From NCBI RefSeq assembly GCF_009914755.1, contig NC_060943.1: a DNA stretch of 64,000 bases. One strand, written 5' to 3'. Below, in pieces: positions 13,447-25,777 of the stretch. The stretch is from the human T2T-CHM13v2.0 reference genome, Homo sapiens. A program made the position numbers and the translations under genes. The notes beneath the pieces were generated by a model. It was not told the origin of the DNA. It did not search any database and saw nothing but the letters and a program-made list of their open reading frames with translations. The number at the start of each line of letters is the position of its first letter. Positions within the stretch are counted from its first letter, which is position 1.

Positions 13447-14260
13447 GTTGAGCACCTACTGTCTCCCTTCACAAGGCTAAGAGCTGGGGATACAGCAGAG
13501 ACTAGACAAAGTCCGTGCTCTCCTAGAGAGTAGAGCTCAGTAGCGGTGACAGATCACCCAGAAAAAGGCAAATGAAGATCATTTTCCACAGTGAGAAGGG
13601 CCAGAAATGAAATAAAACAGGGTGATCAGGATGGGATCTGGGGGTGCAGGTGCCCACATTAGACATCATAGTCACGGTGAGTCTCTCTGACACTTGAGGA
13701 GGTGACCCTTACAAAGTGTCAACTAAGGCCAGTGCTCCTGCCTGTAATTCCAGTGCTTTGGGAGGCCGAGGTAGGAGGATCACTTGAGCCCAGGAGTTCG
13801 AGACCAGGCTGGGCAGCACAGCAAGACCTCATATCTACAAAAAATTTAAAAAATTAGCCAGGCGTGGTGGCACACACCTGTAGTGCCAGCTACTCAGCAG
13901 GCTGAGGCAGGAGGCTCACTTGAGACCAGGAGGTCGAGGCTGCAGTGAACCGTGATGGTGCCACTGCACTCCAGCCTGGACGACATAGCGAAATCCTATC
14001 TCTAAAAGAATAAATAAAATAAAAATTTAAAAAGTGGTGACTCAGTGAGCGGGGCAGCCAGCATGCAAGGATTGGTGGGAGGGAATTTTGGGCAGAGGAA
14101 ACCGCAACAGCAAAGGCTGGGAAGTGGGACAGAGCTTGCCTAGGGTGGCCGGGGCTTTAGGGTACGAGGGGAAGAGTCTGCCCACTGAGGCCTCCGAGTC
14201 TGAGAGGGAGGCAGGGGCCAGATCACAGGGCACAGCCATCAAGGTGAGGAGAAGTCGAGG
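13447..14260 (-). mobile_element. L2a fragment split by an Alu
   Basis: ttgagcacctact...ctggggatacagcag...gaaataaaacagggtga before the Alu; gggcagaggaaaccgcaacagcaaaggc after it. Confidence 0.75.
13727..14033 (+). mobile_element. AluJ
   Basis: ggatcacttgagcccaggagttcgagacc, gaggctgcagtgaaccgtgat (J diagnostics) and an A-rich tail; degenerate TSD aaagtg..act. Confidence 0.95.
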
Positions 14261-14299
14261 CTGGGCTCCATCGTCCTGCCCTGCTCCTGGCTGACGTGA

Positions 14300-17200
14300 A
14301 CCCGTCACAGCCTGGAAAACACACACTTGACACAAGCCTGTGCCAGCAGGGATTAGGAGAACATTGTTGTCTTAGAAGAATACGTTTTTAATTAACAGGT
14401 TTTATTTACCACCGTGCGTTCTCTCTTGCTCACATGGCCCTGTTAAAGAGCATTTTAAATTATCAGCTTTTATTTATCACAAGAAAGTCTCCCCAGTACG
14501 GGCACTTTCCTGTTGTTCCCCATGCTGGCCTGAGCGAGCAGGGAGATGGGGAGACCAGGAGTTCAACCCTGTCCTCTGCAGGCCTGGCCCCAGCCTTGCA
14601 GTTGGACACACATGGCCTTCTCCTCTCCTCTTTCCTGGCCGCTGACACCGGGGCAGGTGACAGTCACCTTTTCTGATGTGGTTTGCCCAAGCAGTGTCTG
14701 AATTAAATCTCGCCAGTTGAAGCCTGCCAGGGTGCTGCTGGTCCAGAGAGCTCACTGGGGCTGGGCAGGAAACATTGTGGCTTTTGCACCCTGGCTAATT
14801 CCATTGCGCAGCTTTCAATGCCACTCTATTTAAATCCCTGTCAGAAAGCCCTTAAGGACAGCCAGTTTTATTTACTGTCAATGTAACCACTCCTTTGGTT
14901 GATACTGGCCTAAACACCTCCAGGAAAGAAAGCCCGGGCTCATCAACTGGACCTCCATCCTGCCGAAGGAACAAAGGAGGCTTCCTCCTCTCCTTGGCAT
15001 ATGTGCATATTAAAAAATTTATTGAACCTATTTTAATATCCTTCGACTAATGGGAGAGTTTTAAGACCTTTCTAAGTATAGTAGTAGTAAATCCTGCTGC
15101 GTATTTCACCCAAATATCCAAAATAAAAATACCTTTGATTGAGAGAGGCGAGTCGCCCACTGGGGCCCATACCTTCAGTTTCAGTAGCTCAGTTCAACAT
15201 CAAAAACAACAACAACAACAACAAAAACCACATTGTAGCAATCAGCCCTCTAATAAGACTCTAACTCGGTTTCTACCTTATCCCAAAGGTATAGGAAATA
15301 GCACTGCTTTTTTTAAAATATCAAGAAAACATCATTTGCTCTAAAATGTCCCTAAAAGCAGGTCTAAATTGCCAATAAAGGCTAGGTAATTGTATCAGCA
15401 TGGATCAGAAAGCATTTCTCAGGCCCGATGAAAGAGTTTGCAGGGCTGAAGGACTCCAAAGCTGCTGCCCAATCCCCCCCACGCTTAGTCAACAGCCCGC
15501 ACCAGCAGTTCGAAGGGAGATTTTCAGCACAATGCAATTTCCCTTTTAAAGCCAAACGCCTCTCTACTCCCCCCATTCTCATTTTGTTCTAATTTGTTAA
15601 ACTTAATTTCTTCTGAGGAGTTGTCTGGAAGCTCAGGTCAAATCAGAGAAACTTTCTGGCTGTTTGTTTTTGAAAAGCAGAACGTTCTCCTTCCTAAGCC
15701 TCTGGGTCTGAATTACTTAATTATTCTCTCCTTTTCCTCCTCGTCCAGGTGAATGATATATGCACTGAAAAAGCAAACTGCATGGGTGGCTTGTCTTCTT
15801 AACCACATCACCAGCCTCGCTCTCCACCTTAGAGCACTATAATCACTTGACTAGCAAACACATATACAGTATAAATATTTAAGAAAAAGTAAATTCTATT
15901 AAGCCACTGTGTGATAGATGCAGTGGTAGGTACTTATCTTTGAAATATTAAACTCTAGACATTTATATCCATACAAAAAAGAGTTTCCTGCCATTTGATG
16001 AGAATTATGTGCCTGGCACTAATAAAATATTAAACTCCAATTTAAAAGATAAGTATCTTATCCACTTTTTTCATAATAAAACATTTTACAGTGCTCAAGA
16101 AAGCCAATATGCATCAGAATTTCCATACAATACTGTATTTACAAACTTTCATAAAAGTTTTGTGTCTGCATTTATCAGTGGCTGGTTTCACACTAGCATC
16201 CTGATCATTCTCCCTAATGATACGGTGCATTTCAATAATGCATGATGGAAGGTGTACAAACAGCGCTTTGTTTTTGTGTATGGTAATTCCATATTTTTGG
16301 TTAGTGGTTCTCCCTGGCAATTAATTAAATGGAGGTGGTCACTAAGATTGCATTATCCCTTTTGGTCCCCATTATATAAATTAATGTCAAACTGATGCAA
16401 TGTTTCATGTTTAAAATAACAGATACAAGTGTTAAAAATTATAGCCTGCAGTTTTCCTATTTGACAATGCATTATTTTCAGCTGCAAATGTCAGTTTCTA
16501 ACCCCTGCCAAGAATATTGTGGCGAGGCAATGAGTAATAAGTGTTAGTTATCAAATTTAGTGTCTTTTGAAATTTGCCCGTGTTGCCAGGGTGGGGGTGG
16601 GGAAGCAGTCGATGCACTTGTGTAAATTTATGGAAGCTCCACTTCCAGAGCCCTGTGGGAAAGGAAAAGGATTCTAGCAGGCAGCTAGACTTTCCACGAC
16701 ATCAGCTGCCTCCAGCCACAGCACGCAGGTCCTGACGGAGGCCTGCGAGGGCCAGCCTTGGGTGTGGTCCCAGTGTCTCTTGGCCTGGGGATAGTTAAGA
16801 GGTGAGAACAGCTGAAACGTATATGACGTTCCCAAAGGGTAAAACATTTTCAAAGGGCCTCACCTAATTGGACCTGGACTGCATAAGCCCCAGTCTTTTC
16901 ATTAAAACCTGATGTCAAAAGCTGCCTATTTGAAACCTCCTTTGCCTCGGATGTTGCGGGAACTGGGCTTTGGCCATGGATGGGATGTTCCTGAGCCCTC
17001 AAGACCATTTTGGTCTCTGGGAGTGGGATTCTCCCCTGACCCCTGGAGATCGGCCTTGACAACAGGATTTCTGTTAGCAGCCTCCTTCTCTTACCTCTTT
17101 GTTTTGATAGATGTCAAAAGACAGTTCTGCCTTGAAAAATGTAATTACTCAAGAGGATGATAGGAGGTAAAAAACTATATGAGAGGTAAGTTGCATGATG

Positions 17201-18100
17201 TTTTAAAATAAACAAATATCACCTTGGGCACAAATCCCCTATGCACCCCCACTTAGGTTTGGGGTTGAGAAGTGGAAGGTGCAGCCCAAGTCTGCGCCAG
17301 CTGACTCCTGAGCAGATAAAATATTTAGATTGTGTGATACGTGTAGAGCAAGACAAACTAAATGGTTCTAACATCTAGAGACACTTTCATTTCTCAGGGC
17401 AATGCCGGGTACCCCAAAACAGTGTTCCACTGGAAGAGACCTTTGCTCTTTGTGAAACTTGGTCACCATCAGAGAAGGGGTGGGTGGGCATGCCTGTCCC
17501 CTCCTCAGACCAACTGAAGCTTGGCCAGAGGTGTCCTGTGAACATCGCCCATTCCATGCCACAGAGAAAAGTACTGTCAAATTTTAACAGAGAGCAGAGG
17601 CGTCTCTCCACAGAGATTTTTAAATTAATAAACACCTTGTAGCCAAAGAAATAGCTGATTTGCAGGTCTTCTTTCTGTTGGGCATACGTCCGGATGCAGT
17701 AGATGAAAATATGTTTTATATTATCCTGGGAATGTTATCGTAAGTGGTTGCTTTTGCAGGTGTGAGGGACCGCGGCTAACAGTGACTGGTGACTGTTGTA
17801 TCGTTTGGCCACAGACATCAGCTAAATCCTGAATAAGAACTCTTTCCGTTTCTTCCAGAAGATGAGCAGTGGTAGTGTTCCTTATTTCTGTAAATTACTG
17901 TAGAAACAATAGGCTGCAATTATCATCACGTTTGAAAAGCATCCACTAATTACACTCAGGATAAACGGCACTTAATACCTATGATATCTATTGTGAGCAT
18001 ATCAGTGTGATGCCCTAGCCTGCACTGATACTTTTATCTTCTAATATTTGGAAGAAATAATTGCTCTGAAAAGAGTACCTTAAAAGCTTGGCCTGCTGGG
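14300..18100. promoter_or_regulatory. Repeat-free block; candidate cluster of conserved non-coding/enhancer elements
   Basis: About 3.8 kb with no recognisable interspersed repeat; AT-rich stretches dense in TAATTA, CTGTCA, TATTTAC and GATAA motifs. Conservation is inferred, not measured. Confidence 0.55.
15202..15228 (+). repeat. (CAA)n microsatellite
   Basis: aaaaacaacaacaacaacaacaaaaac. Confidence 0.9.
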
Positions 18101-18181
18101 CTTCTCTTCAGCAGCTGTTTCACGGGCTGGGGTCTGAGGGGCACGACTCAGCCTGGACTCCTTTATTCTGGGGCAGAGACC

Positions 18182-18347
18182 GCAGAGTTCTGCCTCGGAC
18201 ACTCAACACTCACTACCTGTGTGATCTCAGGTGAGTTTCCTAACCTCTCTGCTGTTTCCTTCAACATAAAATGCGGATGAGAATAAGGCTCGCTTTGTAG
18301 GGTTGTTAGGAGGATGAAATGCATCAATACATTGAAAGCATTTAAAT
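18182..18347 (+). mobile_element. MIR
   Basis: cactacctgtgtgatctcaggtgagtttcctaacctctctg...agggttgttaggaggatgaaatg. Confidence 0.85.
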
Positions 18348-18599
18348 TGTCCTTCCTGTGTATGATTTCAAGGTTCCAAAACTTAGTCCTGGAAAGTTTT
18401 CCTAAAGAGCTTCACACCTGTGATCCGTGAAGCTGAAATTAGAATGTTGTTCTCCTGGTCTTACCAAGAGACCTAAATGAAACAAATCACATAAAAAGGA
18501 GCATTGAAGAGTGAATGGCATGCAAAAAAAGATACTGATAACAATAACACCATATCATTGAAAGCACAGCCCTAATTTATTTATTATTTCATGCCCGCT

Positions 18600-18930
18600 G
18601 TTCCCTCATCTCCAGCCTTTGTCTAAGATGAGACCTTGGGACTCATCTAAAGGCTTTTATTTGACGCTTTCCTTGCCTCTCATCTCACACATGGAAAAAC
18701 CCTCCTAACATAACTGACTATTGGCAGCTTAACTGAAACCCTCCCTTGGTTCTCCATTGCCACAGGCTCAAGTTCAAGCTCCTAGTCTTCATTCTTCCAC
18801 CCCTGACTGTCTCTCCAGCCTCATCTCTACAAAAAACTCCTCTTTCTCCACATACTCCAGCCAGATGGAACCTTTTGTAGTTCTTTGAATATGCCGTGGT
18901 CTCCCTCCATTCTTCCACTCCACTTTTCGC
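18600..18930 (+). mobile_element. L2 fragment
   Basis: ctccattgccacaggctcaagttcaagctcctag...ctctccagcctcatctc...tactccagccaga. Confidence 0.6.
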
Positions 18931-19210
18931 AGAGCATTGAATAGTTACAGGCAAGGATTCAAGAAGTAGACTCCCCGGGTTCAAACCCTTGCCGAGGTCT
19001 TCCAGTGAGCACCATGGGAGCCCCAGAGCCAATCGATTTCCACTTGGAGCTCTAAGCTTGGAGAAGCTGTGTGAACTTGAATAAGTTGATTACCTCTCTG
19101 AGCCTTGGCTTTCCCATCGATAATATGGGATATTTATCTCATACAGTTGTAATGAAGATTAATTGGTTAAAATATAAAAAATGCTAGGGGCATTGGGTGA
19201 CTTTGTTATT
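18931..19210 (+). mobile_element. MIR
   Basis: gggttcaaacccttgcc...ctgtgtgaacttgaataagttgattacctctctgagccttggctttcccatc. Confidence 0.8.
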
Positions 19211-20063
19211 AAGAAAGGGTAAGTCATAGGCAAGTTTCAAAGATCTGTCTCCTGAGATGGGGGAGAGGCCTCTTTTTTTTTTTTTCTACATGTGGATTCT
19301 AAGAGGTTTAGGTTCAAGCCCCCTCTTTCCCAAGAAGACTCTTTAGTTCTCCATCCCACATCAATTTATGCTTTCCCCAAATCCTCTCTCCCACTGTGCC
19401 ATGCTTTAGCTTTGCATGGGTCAGTATTTGGTCATGACCTAGAATTATTTCAGTCTTATCTCTGCCAGCCAGTCAGATGCTGGAAGAAGGGAGTCTCGTC
19501 CCAGCTCTGCCCCATGACCAGGGCTGAGCACACAATGAACTTGGCCGTGGACTGATTGACACACCAAAGTCCCGCCAAGCCAGCCCTTTGTCCCATGGGA
19601 TGGCACACACAATGGCCAACTCCTCCAAGGATCCTCCTCACACTTCCTAGCCTAGTTCACATCATCTCTGTTCCCTGTGCCCAAGCCAGCCAGGTGCCTG
19701 GCCAAATAATTACATAATGGGGCTGGAGGGAGATGGAGACACAAGACAGCCAGGGGAAGGGCTAAACCCCAGCCCTGCTGCCAAATCCTCCCATTCCAGG
19801 AGTCCACCTTGACATCCCCAGATGATCATGTCTCATAGGATGTCATCCTATTAGCACTTTAAGGAGGCAGAGAAGCGTGAAGCCAAACTGGTACTTGAAA
19901 TGTCCATAATTGACCTTTTAAATCACTAATGTGTCAGATAACCTGGTACGTGATTGTAGAGTTGTTTTGGATGCTGTTCTGGTCATGTTCCTTTTTCTAA
20001 TAGAAAAAAAGGTGGAGGGAAGTATGGTTCTCTATAATATGACTCTTAGTTAAGAAAAGTTAC

Positions 20064-20267
20064 AAGAAGAAGAAAAGGAGGAGAGAAGGAGGAGAAAGGA
20101 GAAGAAAGAAGGAGCAGGAGGACAAGGAGAAGGAGGAGGAGGAGGAGGAAGAGATTAAAGAAAAGGAAGGAAAGAAAAGAAGGAAGGAAGGAAGGAGGGA
20201 GGGAGGGAAGGAAGGAGGAAAGGAAGGGAAAGGAAAGGAAAGGAAAGGAAAGGGAAAGAAAGGAAAG
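20064..20267 (+). repeat. Compound purine repeat (GAA/GGA)n to (GGAA)n to (GGAAA)n
   Basis: Directly visible, almost pure A/G tract. Confidence 0.95.
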
Positions 20268-21044
20268 TTAAGTTAAGTTGAGGTCTCCTGCCTGGCTCTC
20301 TGGGACCCCTGTGTGGACAAGGAAGAACTGCCAGCTCACTGTCCTCCTTCTAACTTGAAGCTAATCTCATGGAAAATACGATGCCTCAAATCTGAATTAT
20401 TTGTTCTGTGTGTCAGGGACAGGGTGGGTGGCTTCTGTCTGCAATTTAAGGTAAAATTAACGCATATGCTTCTCCAGTATTTTCACAGTATAAGACTCCC
20501 AGCCAAATGTGAGTGTTTCCACACACTTCCTTCTTGAGAAGACAGATTTGCATATGCATTAAGGCCATTTTATCAGAATGCACACACAGAGGAATGACAC
20601 ATCTCACTGACAGCGCCCGGGTGACAGATAACTCCACACAAAACATACATTTGAAAGGAAAATAGGAGGAGGAATAGAATTAAAGGCCGGTGTGAGAGTG
20701 GCATCGTGTTTTGAGTGAGGCAGCACAGATTGGATTGTTTGATTCACTTCCCGGCTCTGCGTGAGTCAGGTGGCGACAGGTGCTCCTCCAACTACCTGAG
20801 CTCCCCGGGAAGGTGGGGGGTGGGGGGCGGATGCTGCTGGGCCCCGCAGCCTTAATACTGCATGACCTCATCACCGAGGTACACAGTGAGCCTCTTCCCT
20901 GTGGCAGCTGAGGTCTGGCCCCTGACCACCTCACTATCTCACCTCCCTCACCTGTAACTTTGCTCCGGTGCTCTGGCCACGTGGGCAGGGCCTCTGGACA
21001 TGCAGATTCCACTGCCCCAAAAGCTCTTTCTGCAGACTGTCCTG

Positions 21045-21680
<636 letters not shown>

Positions 21681-21849
21681 ACAAGCTTCTTTCTGTTAAT
21701 TTCACACAAATATTACCTTCTCCTATGGGCCTTTTGCAATATCGCTCCCATCTCTGTATCACTCCACCCTTTACCCTGGCTTGTAGAAATTAACTCTTCT
21801 CAAAATTTTGTTAGTTCATTCATTCATCCATGCACTCATTTGAGTTTTT

Positions 21850-21980
21850 GTTCTTCATCTGTTCTACATCTAGACTCTCCATGACCACAGGCACCTGCTC
21901 TGTTCACTCACCTGCATATCTCTGCATCTAGAACAGCTCAGGGTAGGTGTGGAGTGAATGGTGATTGCATGAGCGAATGG
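21850..21980 (+). mobile_element. L2 3' end
   Basis: ctagactctccatgaccacagg...ctgttcactc...catctagaacagctc...gagtgaatg. Confidence 0.55.
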
Positions 21981-22084
21981 CTGCCAAGTCTACCCATGGC
22001 TTGCCCATCCTCTGGATACATCATCTACTTCTCTGGAACTGCAAGCTTTCTCATGAAATACGAACGGCTACCCTAGATGTATTA

Positions 22085-22270
22085 AGTTGCTCAACCCATG
22101 TCTTCTATGCCTCACAAACTGGGCTGGGTCCAGGGGTCTAGCAAAGAACAAGACAGATGTAGCCTCTGTCTTAATGGATAGTGCAGTTTGTGAAAGACAG
22201 ACATTGAACAGAAAATCACACAATCATTCAGTGAAAGTTGAGATGGGATCATTGGAAGGCTTATGTGAGA
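22085..22270 (-). mobile_element. L2 fragment
   Basis: ctatgcc...ctgggctggg...gaacaagacagatgtagcctctgtcttaatgga. Confidence 0.55.
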
Positions 22271-22757
22271 GAGCAGCAGCATCTCTCTGTCTGCTGAGAC
22301 ACAAGCAAATGCTTCCAAAGCTCTGTCCACATCTAGCATGCATTTCTGGTGCTGCTCATCAACCACCAATGAGAGGCTGGGTTGTGCCATGGTGTCTAGA
22401 AGCACCATGTCCTTTGGTGTTCCTGAGGCTTTCAGCCTCTCTCTTCCCTGAAAGCTGGCATGGGGAGGAAGGGATTTTCTGCCACCCCTTTACCACTCCC
22501 CAACATACATATCTCTAAGTCTAAGGGTCCCTGGAGCCCCCAAATCCTGACAGCCATGTTACCAAATGAGGCACTTCTTCTCTCACTTGCCAGCTGAGTG
22601 ACTGCTTCTGGTGATTAAGAAGAGTAGGAGTGAACAGCAGAGGGTGTGGCCGATGTGGAGTAAACTTACTTGATAGAAACCAACTTGGATAGGGTCTTCG
22701 CATTCTAAGCATTTGGGAAATTCAAGTTGAAAACTTAAACATAGGCAACATCTAAAC

Positions 22758-22956
22758 CAGGGTTGTCCAATCTTTTGGCTTCCCTCAGCCACATTGGAAG
22801 AAGAAGAATTGTGTTGGTCCACACGTAAAATACACTAATGCTAACGGCTGCTGATGAGCTTTAAACAAATTTGCAAAAAAAAAATCTCATAATATTTTAG
22901 GAAAGTTTACGAATTTGTGTTGGGTGGCATTCAAAACCATCCTGGGCCACGGGTTC
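22758..22956 (+). mobile_element. MER30 hAT-Charlie MITE
   Basis: cagggttgtccaatcttttggcttccct...gaagaagaattgt...gtttacgaatttgtgttggg; perfect 8-bp TSD atctaaac (22750-22757 / 22957-22964). Confidence 0.92.
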
Positions 22957-25044
22957 ATCTAAACCTTCCCTTTTTATTAGATTTCTGTATGATACATGTA
23001 GATAACCAATTTGCATTTGTTTTTTTCCAAAGCACTGAATGAGCTGTTCTGGCTGTCTTCTGTTTTATAAGTCTGTGCACCTGAGTTCCTTGGGAACCCT
23101 CTTGCAGAGTTTCACCACCTTTATTCCTTCAAAGCCACCAATGCCCTGAAGAGCAGCAGCTCAGCCACCTGGGCCAGGTCCGTGTGCTGATGAAGGTGGT
23201 GGCTGGAGTGTGATACCCATAATAAACCCTCAGCCAACCTTTGCCGGATGCTGAGATGCTGCTGTTAGTTGTGCATGCACCTGCTAGGCCCACTCATGTA
23301 CTGTCCCCAAGTCACTACTGTAGAGCAAACAATGCAACTTGTGTGTTGGGGATTGACCTCAGCAAATTATAAGCAATTAACCAAATTTGCCCTACCATTA
23401 ATCATATTATTCTGCATTGCCGATTCATATGACCCCAAAATTGCCAACTCTTTTCAGCTGTTAGAGATGTATATCCAGGAACAAATGACTGCCTTCAATT
23501 CTGTCTCCATCCTGTTCTTCGAGTCAGCACCCAGCTGAGGCACGTGGCTAACAGTGGGAGAACAAGAATTACCATAGATCTGCCAAGGATCCTTTGAGAG
23601 AGGACAAAATAGCTGAATGCAATTAAGCCTATTGTCAGTGGCTAAGGTACTTGGAATGACAGGTGTCTTTGAAGTGCAAGGTATTAGCGCTGTTTGTTGC
23701 TAAATTCCCAACCTAGAACTCTATCATTTTGCTAAGAAATTGCAGCAAACTCAATTTTTTTCTATCAAGTGTTTCCCTGGGTGCTAAGTCTATCACTGTT
23801 ATAATATATTAATTTTTTTTCCTTTGGTGACATTGATGATGGGGTACGTCTTCACTCTCTCTCACCTGGTACCTTCTCCGTGTCTTTAGGAGAGAATTTG
23901 GAATTGCTGGAATATTCTTGGCCATCCTTCATTTGGAATTTATGTGGTAATTTCAGTGAAACCGAGACCTTGTGCAGCAGTTTTCATCTTTTTCAAGGCT
24001 GCCTCTCTTTCTCGAGAAGCTGGAGAGTTTCCAATTATTCCTTCTGGTCTCTTTGGATGTGAATTGTAACAGATCAGCTGAGAGTCGCAGTTCAACATTG
24101 TTAAGCTTATCAATATAAATATAATGTTAAACCCCTTTTAGATAATTGGAGCTATGTGTGAAAATGTGACCAATTTGTGCATAAATTGGTCCTACACTTC
24201 TTCCTGGCAAAGACAGAGAGAGAGGGAAAGAGAGACCAACCATATGTGAAGTTGGTTTGCTTCTTCTCGGGGACTTTCCACACCTTGAATTCTTGATCTG
24301 GCTTTGTGGCTGCTGACAGTTGGAAACCTGCACAGGTTATGCCAAAACCATAAGGTCCTTTGCCCTTTTGAACCAAATTCTTCTGTCTTAGAGGCTGCAC
24401 GGCGAGTATCAACAAGGCACTTGCATATCACACCAATGGGAGGGTTGCAGACAGTCTTGAGAATTAAACGTCTCTGCTTGGACAATTACCAAATTCAAAG
24501 AACCAAATGGAGAGACTGACGCCCATGGAGGGGGAAGGGAGGGGTGCCGAGGGAAATCCTGGAACTAACTCATCCCGCTTGGAAACCTTGCTGTCACTTC
24601 GGGATCCTGGAAAAGCTCATATTCTCCTCCTGGCTTCTCCTTACTGTGTGTGTTTGGGGTGGGGAGGAGGGTAGGATGGAGGGTGCGCTAGTTCATTTTT
24701 CCAGGCGTAAGTCCTCCAGAGAGAGTTAGGAGGCCTGAGATAATTATTCTAAAACTGCCCACAGCATTTTACAGCTTAAGGCGAGTGTTTAACAAAATCA
24801 GTTCCTCCCAACAATACTGAGCTAAATATTATTATACAATCTCTACCGATAAGGAAGTTGAGGTTCTCAGAAGATTAAAACTAAAAACAAAAAGAAACAA
24901 AGAAGGCTATTCAAGGATACTTGGAACCGCTTCTGAAGTTCACTCTGGAGTTTGTAAATTTTTACGCAGTGCGTTTCCTTACCTGTAACAAAGCTGAAAT
25001 GAGACCATAATTAAGGAAGAAAGTCGCTGAGGCGCTGCAGCCTG

Positions 25045-25052
25045 TGACGTCA
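25045..25052. promoter_or_regulatory. Full palindromic CRE (TGACGTCA)
   Basis: Exact CREB/ATF palindrome with its CpG intact, in non-repetitive sequence. Confidence 0.5.
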
Positions 25053-25476
25053 TCAAGCAGGCTTCTGGCTGGCCTGAACGTGGAGGTGGCACCGTGTTTC
25101 CATGAATTGCCAGCCCAAGATGTCCCTGGGGCTGGAGGCATTCAGTCAGGAGCAAAGGCTCCACCCCTCATCTGTTTACTGCTAGACTGCCTTTCAGGAT
25201 GCAGAATGCAAGACTCACCCAGATATTACAGAGGCCTGGGGGAAAGACAGACAGGACCTCTCCAGCAACTGCTGTCTCAGATACCGAAAGGCTCTACGAG
25301 GCCATGGTCTTCGCGCAGAACCAAGCTTTGCAAGAAAGCAGAATTCTCATTTCCTTTACTCCGGCTCACCCAGAAAACAGAGTCTACCTGCAAGCCCTCC
25401 AGGTTTGACCTCTGACTTTAGGGATGCTCAGGGTGGGAGGACATATGACAGCCTCCCCAAATCCAAAAGATGCCCT

Positions 25477-25777
25477 AGCTGGGTACCATGGCTGACACCT
25501 GTGATCCCAGCACTTTGGGAGGCAGAGGCAGGAGGACTGCTTGAACCTAGAAGTTTGAGACCAACCTGGGCAACATGGTGAGACTTCATTTCTACTAAAA
25601 ATACAAAAAAAAGTAATCAGGCATTATGGCATGCACCTGTAGTCCCAGCTACTTCAGAGGCTGAGGTGGGAGTATAGCTTGAGCACAGGAGGTTGAGGCT
25701 GCAGTGGTCATGCCACTGCACTCCAGCTTGAGCATGGAAGTGACAGCTTGCCTCAAAAAAAAAAAAAAAAAAAAAAA
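25477..25777 (+). mobile_element. AluJ with A23 tail
   Basis: Dimeric Alu with a short right-arm deletion (gcagtg|gtcatgcc); TSD aaaagatgccct / aaaaggtgcccc. Confidence 0.95.

Noticed and set aside
11856-13455. Cluster of 80-135 aa ORFs in a GC-richer region
   Set aside because: Overlapping frames on both strands, no recognisable domain or exon structure; expected by chance at this GC content.
19835-19851. ataggatg-t-catcctat near-palindrome
   Set aside because: An 8-bp arm palindrome is expected occasionally in 64 kb; no supporting context.
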